Assembly (NCBI GenBank): GCA_009841075.1
Contig: VXMP01000080.1
Span: 15,734 to 79,733 of the forward strand
Direction: 5' to 3'
Length of the DNA stretch: 64,000 bases
Origin: Acidimicrobiia bacterium
GTDB lineage: Bacteria; Actinomycetota; Acidimicrobiia; Spongiisociales; Spongiisociaceae
The position numbers and the translations under genes were made by a program. Positions 59,790 to 64,000 of this stretch are shown here, piece by piece (positions within the stretch are counted from its first letter, which is position 1; every line of letters starts with the position of its first letter). The notes under the pieces are model-generated. The model had not been told where the DNA came from and did no database searches. It saw only the letters and a program-made list of their open reading frames with translations.

Positions 59790-61835
59790 TTAATCCTCGG
59801 CCTTGGACGCCGCCACCACCCGCTGGACCTCTTGAGGCGGGGCGGGCTCGTAGCGGGCGAACTCCAGCTCGAAAGACCCTCGCCCGCCGGTCATGGAGCG
59901 AAGATCCACCGAATAACGCTGCACCTCGGCCAAGGGCACCTCCGCTTTCACGATCCGGCTGCGGCCATCGGCGTCCATTCCCATAACCCGTCCTCTTCTG
60001 GCGTTTATGTCCCCGATGATGTCGCCCATGTAGTCGTCGGATACGCGAATCGTGATGGTAACAATGGGTTCGAGGATGGTAGCCCGCAGGTCGGGAGCGG
60101 CCGCCCGCACTGCCATGATCCCCGCCATACGAAAGCTGAGCTCGTCGGAGTCCACCGAGTGATACTTGCCGTCATAGACGGTGGCTCGAACATCGATCAC
60201 CGGATAATCGGCCAGAATCCCTCGCTCGAAAGCTTCCTGGATGCCCTTATCCACCGCCGGGATCAGACCCCGTGGAATCGATCCCCCCTTGATCTGGTCG
60301 ACGAACTCGTATCCCTCCCCTCGGCCATTGGGTTCGAACTTCACATAGGCCACCCCGAACTGACCTCTACCGCCGGACTGTTTCTTGTGTTTGCCTTCCA
60401 CATCGGCTCGACCGAGGATGGTCTCCCGGTAGGGGATGCGGGGCATTCCCGTGTCCACCTTCACCCCGAATCGGCGGGAAATCCTGGCGAGGGTGGCGAT
60501 AACATGAGCTTCGCCCAAACCGGACATCACCGTTTCGCTGGTCTCGGCCCGTCGTTCAACCAGCAGAGTAGGGTCTTCCTCCTGCACCCGTGCCAAAGCG
60601 GTAGACAGTTTGTCTTCGTCCTGGGTGGAACGAGGCGTAACCGTTACCTCATGCACGGGACGGGGAACCTGCACCGGTTCCATAACCACCGGAGTGCCGG
60701 GGGTTCGTAGCGTGTCGCCCACCCGCAGATGGTCAAGTTTGGACACCGAACCGATAGAACCGGTCATGAGCTCCGCCAGTTCCTTATGATCTCCGCCCTG
60801 CAGCGAGAACAGGCTGGACATTTTGAGCTTTTGTCCGGATTGGGTTTCGAGAACCGTGTCGGAGTTGAACGAACCGGAAAACACCCGGAAGGTATTGACC
60901 CGGCCCACATACTGATCGCCCGAGGTCTTGAACGTGTAGCCCAGGACCGGGCCGTCCGCATCGACACTCGGCTGCTCACCCGCTACCGGCGGCATGGTCC
61001 GTTCCAAGGGGGTGGGGCCGAAATCGCTGATGAACTCGACCAAGGTGTCGATCCCCACCAGAGCGCCGGCCGATCCGACCAGCACCGGAAAAATCTCCCC
61101 TTCGATCATCCCGTTGTGGATTACCTCGACCATTTTTTCGAGTGACGGTTCCTCGCCTTCGAAATAGGCCTCCAGAAGATCGTCATCGGTTTCGACCACC
61201 GACTCGACCAAAGCGGAACGGGTCTCCTCGAAAATCTGGTTTATCTCCGCCGGCACCTCGATCGGTGAGCCTTCGGTCTGGTCGGGTTTATAGCTGTAGG
61301 CCCGTCCCGAAACCAGCCGCACCACTCCTTTAAGGTCGCCCTCTTCGCCTATCGGTATCTGGATGGGGGCGATCCGCTTGCCAAAGGCCTCTGTCAATCC
61401 GTCCAGGGTGCGGGCGAAAGAAGCGCGGTCCCGGTCCAGCTTGTTGACGAAAACCGCCCGGGCAACACCTTCTCGGCGGGCGGCCTCCCAGAGGATTTCG
61501 GTCTGTACTTCCACCCCGTCCACGGCCGACACCACGAACAGCGCCAAATCCACCGCCCGTAAAGCAGCCAGTGCTTCGCCGATGAAATCCGCATAACCCG
61601 GGGTGTCGATCAGGTTGACCCGCATACCGTTCTGTTCGAAAGAAGCTACGGACAGTCCGAGCGAACCCTGGCGTTCGATCTCTTCGGGCTCAAAGTCCAT
61701 GACCGTGTTGCCGGCGTCTACCGTACCCACCCGGTTAATCTCACCGGCGTGGAAAAGAAGCGCTTCGGCCAGGGAGGTCTTCCCCGAGCCGCCATGACCG
61801 AACAGGCCAACGTTTCGAATATTCTCCGGTCGCAT
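59790..61835 (-). CDS. elongation factor G-like GTPase (EF-G paralogue)
   Basis: Has the G1 motif GHGGSGKT (diverged from AHIDAGKT), DTPG and NKLD, followed by EF-G domains II-V. Confidence 0.85.
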   Translation of the reverse strand: MRPENIRNVGLFGHGGSGKTSLAEALLFHAGEINRVGTVDAGNTVMDFEPEEIERQGSLGLSVASFEQNGMRVNLIDTPGYADFIGEALAALRAVDLALFVVSAVDGVEVQTEILWEAARREGVARAVFVNKLDRDRASFARTLDGLTEAFGKRIAPIQIPIGEEGDLKGVVRLVSGRAYSYKPDQTEGSPIEVPAEINQIFEETRSALVESVVETDDDLLEAYFEGEEPSLEKMVEVIHNGMIEGEIFPVLVGSAGALVGIDTLVEFISDFGPTPLERTMPPVAGEQPSVDADGPVLGYTFKTSGDQYVGRVNTFRVFSGSFNSDTVLETQSGQKLKMSSLFSLQGGDHKELAELMTGSIGSVSKLDHLRVGDTLRTPGTPVVMEPVQVPRPVHEVTVTPRSTQDEDKLSTALARVQEEDPTLLVERRAETSETVMSGLGEAHVIATLARISRRFGVKVDTGMPRIPYRETILGRADVEGKHKKQSGGRGQFGVAYVKFEPNGRGEGYEFVDQIKGGSIPRGLIPAVDKGIQEAFERGILADYPVIDVRATVYDGKYHSVDSDELSFRMAGIMAVRAAAPDLRATILEPIVTITIRVSDDYMGDIIGDINARRGRVMGMDADGRSRIVKAEVPLAEVQRYSVDLRSMTGGRGSFELEFARYEPAPPQEVQRVVAASKAED

Positions 61836-61927
61836 CCTCCTCCGCTTCCTTCTCTAGGGCACCCGAGTGTAGGTAATAATACGATGCTTACTGACTGTGG
61901 TACCTTCCTGCCAGAGAGGATCCACAA

Positions 61928-62527
61928 ATGATTGAAGTCTGGGCCCGGAAATATGTCGATCGGGTAGTAGCGCCGATCGGTAGCTTCCTGGCCGGCCTCG
62001 GGGTACGACCCGCTCATCTCACGATAACCGGACTGGTTGTAACGCTAACCGGATCAATCCTGCTAGCCCTGGGCAACGTGATCCCCGGAGCCTTGGTGAT
62101 TCTAGCCGGTTCCGCCCTGGACGGATTAGACGGCTCGGTAGCCCGCGCCTCCGGTTCCGCCTCGCCCCGCGGGGCTCTACTCGACTCGGTGTTCGATCGT
62201 ATCGGTGAAACCTCCATGTATGCCGCCTGTTCGTTCTGGCTGACCTCTCGGCTCTCCCCTCAGGAAGGCGACCCGGCCCTGGTGGTGCTGTGTGTGCTGA
62301 GCCTGGGAGCGTCGTTGCTCATCTCATATCTGCGGGCCAAGGCCGACGTGGGACGGGTGGAAGGTCGAGGGGGGCTGATGGGGCGGGCGGAGCGGATCAT
62401 CTTGTTCACGGCCGGCTTTCTGTTCGATCAGGTCTCCGCCATGCTTTGGTTGATGGCCGTCCTCACCTGGCTGACCGTCTTCCAACGCTTCTTTAACACC
62501 TGGCGGCGGCTCTCGCCGAGTGACTGA
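61928..62527 (+). CDS. pgsA1: CDP-alcohol phosphatidyltransferase, probably phosphatidylinositol-phosphate synthase
   Basis: Contains DGLDGSVARASGSASPRGALLDSVFDR. An acyltransferase and a GT4 mannosyltransferase follow it, giving the pgsA1-patA-pimA order. Confidence 0.8.
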   Translation: MIEVWARKYVDRVVAPIGSFLAGLGVRPAHLTITGLVVTLTGSILLALGNVIPGALVILAGSALDGLDGSVARASGSASPRGALLDSVFDRIGETSMYAACSFWLTSRLSPQEGDPALVVLCVLSLGASLLISYLRAKADVGRVEGRGGLMGRAERIILFTAGFLFDQVSAMLWLMAVLTWLTVFQRFFNTWRRLSPSD

Positions 62528-63404
62528 ACGCCTTGTCTACCTGGCCTACCGGGCGGGTGCCGGGATCGTCGGGGCCTTCCCGGAGCCGTTAATTCGCCGT
62601 CTGGGCCGATGGGCGGGATGGTGGGCCTGGCTATGGGCCGGGGCGCGTAAGGAAATGGCCCTCCGCCATATGCGAAGGGTCTTGGGCGAAGTCGACGGAC
62701 GGGTGGTTGAATCGGCCGCCCGGGAAATGTTCTGCGCCTACGGACGCTACTGGGCGGAGACCCTTTGGTTCCGTCCCCGCCGGACCGAGAGGGTGAAATC
62801 CCGTTGCACTTTGGAGGGTCTGGATCATGTTCGAGCCGCCCAGGCGGAGGGAAAACCGATCGTGGTCGCCCTACCTCATGTGGGCAACTGGGAGATGGCG
62901 GGCACCTTGGCCGAGGAGGCCGGGGTACGGATAACGGCGGTGGCCGAAGCTCTCTCCAACCGTCGTCTCGCCAACTGGTTTATCGACCTGAGGGCGCAGC
63001 TCAACATCTCGGTGGTTCTGGCCGAGGGGCTCTCCGCCATGCGTGCCCTAAGACAAGCTATTTCCGAAGGTCGTCTGATCGCCTTGGTGTCCGACCGTAA
63101 TATCGGGGGGCAGGGCGTGGAAGTGGAGTTTTTCGAGGAGAGAACGACTCTGCCGGCCGGTCCGGCCGCCCTGGCCATCCGACACCAGGCCGTGCTGCTT
63201 CCGGTGGTTTCATACTTCAAGCCGGGGGCGGGCCATCGGGTGGTGGTGGACGCTCCGGTGGAGGATCCTGGCCCGGATCATCCCGACCGGATGGGTGAGA
63301 TAACCCAACAACTGGCCTACCGGTTCGAACAGATCATCAGAGAGGCACCCACCCAATGGCATCTGGTCCAGCCCAACTGGCCATCCGACTATCAATACCT
63401 ATAA
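62520..63404 (+). CDS. patA: LpxL/HtrB-family lipid acyltransferase (PIM acyltransferase PatA-like)
   Basis: Contains the PHVGNWE acyltransferase motif. The GTG start overlaps the pgsA1 end. Confidence 0.75.
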   Translation: MTERLVYLAYRAGAGIVGAFPEPLIRRLGRWAGWWAWLWAGARKEMALRHMRRVLGEVDGRVVESAAREMFCAYGRYWAETLWFRPRRTERVKSRCTLEGLDHVRAAQAEGKPIVVALPHVGNWEMAGTLAEEAGVRITAVAEALSNRRLANWFIDLRAQLNISVVLAEGLSAMRALRQAISEGRLIALVSDRNIGGQGVEVEFFEERTTLPAGPAALAIRHQAVLLPVVSYFKPGAGHRVVVDAPVEDPGPDHPDRMGEITQQLAYRFEQIIREAPTQWHLVQPNWPSDYQYL

Positions 63405-63417
63405 GGAAGCACCGGGT

Positions 63418-64000
63418 ATGAGGATCGCGGTGGTCTCCCCCTATGCCCTAAACGTTCCGGGCGGGGTTCAAGCCCAGGTGATCGGCCTGGCCCGTCATTT
63501 ACGACTACAAGGTCACGACGCCTACGCAGTCGCGCCCTCGGCCGGTTTCCAAGCCCATCGGGTAGACGTCGGCGGTTCGGTTTCGCTGCCGATCAACGGT
63601 GCCAGAGCCCGGGTCGCCCTATCACCCAGGGTGCTATCCAGGGTGCGGGAGGCGGTTTCGGATGCGGATGTGATCCATGTGCACGAACCGATGGTCCCGC
63701 TGGTGGGGTGGGGGGCGCTGGGTAGAGACATTCCCACCGTGGTTACCTTCCACGCCGACCCGTCCCGATTGTTCCGAATCGCCTACCGATGGGGGAGCAG
63801 ACGGATAAGAACCATGCTGGGTGACGCCGCGGCCACGGTGGTCAGTCCCATCGCCAAAGGGGCTATCGAGCATCTGGGTCTTGAACCGGTAGAAATCCCC
63901 AACGCCTTGGATGTCGGGTCGTTTCAGGTCTCCCGCCCCCGTAACCCCTGCCAGGTGGCCTTCGTCGGACGACCCGACCCCCGCAAGGGTCGTGATCTGC
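63418..64000 (+). CDS. pimA: GT4 glycosyltransferase, PimA-like, N-terminal part (3' end beyond the window)
   Basis: MRIAVVSPYALNVPGGVQAQVIGLARHL.. from the ATG at 63418, after an AAGGAAG Shine-Dalgarno sequence. The frame is open to the window end. Confidence 0.8.
   Translation, partial: MRIAVVSPYALNVPGGVQAQVIGLARHLRLQGHDAYAVAPSAGFQAHRVDVGGSVSLPINGARARVALSPRVLSRVREAVSDADVIHVHEPMVPLVGWGALGRDIPTVVTFHADPSRLFRIAYRWGSRRIRTMLGDAAATVVSPIAKGAIEHLGLEPVEIPNALDVGSFQVSRPRNPCQVAFVGRPDPRKGRDL

Overview
This is a high-GC actinobacterial chromosome segment. Supporting markers are a Pup-proteasome locus, mycothiol genes, phosphatidylinositol-mannoside genes and translationally coupled operons. About 80 percent of the window is conserved housekeeping synteny that, from memory, resembles several Mycobacterium tuberculosis regions. 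In order, these are pgk-tpiA-gpmA-secG; a mycothiol-type formaldehyde dehydrogenase with an MBL hydrolase; and trmI-mpa-dop-pup-prcB-prcA-pafA-pafB-pafC-tatA-tatC-helY. They continue with tlyA-nadK-recN-pyrG-xerD; scpA-scpB-rluB-aroA-cmk-der; and a pgsA-like gene, an FHA (GarA-like) gene, MerR, a DUF151 nuclease and a second MerR. The last blocks are mshD-thrS, then citrate synthase and an EF-G paralogue, then pgsA1-patA-pimA. There are two tRNAs, Leu-GAG and Pro-GGG, and no rRNA, CRISPR array, transposase or island integrase. The accessory part is an ~11.6 kb defence island at about 42.0-53.66 kb, between an EamA transporter gene and a zinc-ribbon membrane gene next to mshD. It holds a Gabija-like pair (OLD-family ATPase/TOPRIM nuclease plus UvrD-like helicase), an orphan vapB antitoxin, and a type I R-M operon in R-S-M order whose hsdS has a visibly AT-rich, apparently swapped target-recognition domain. 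It ends with a translationally coupled pair of unknown function: a DUF5131 (phage Gp37/Gp68, three-Cys) protein and a fused XRE-HTH/ImmA-IrrE metallopeptidase. That last pair is my best candidate for an undescribed module. Outside the island, the most unusual signal is a ~400 bp non-coding interspersed element present twice (28.5 kb and 57.6 kb). It has conserved stem-loops, one pairing-preserving double substitution, and a bracketing GAACGCGAAAA motif. Smaller oddities are an orphan higA with a 17-codon HigB C-terminal remnant, an HPRT homologue lacking the acidic PRPP-motif dyad, GGAGGGTGC hairpin/inverted-repeat elements, and recurring GAACC-N-GGTTC palindromes. All calls come from reading the translated ORFs and the raw sequence. 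No database search was run.
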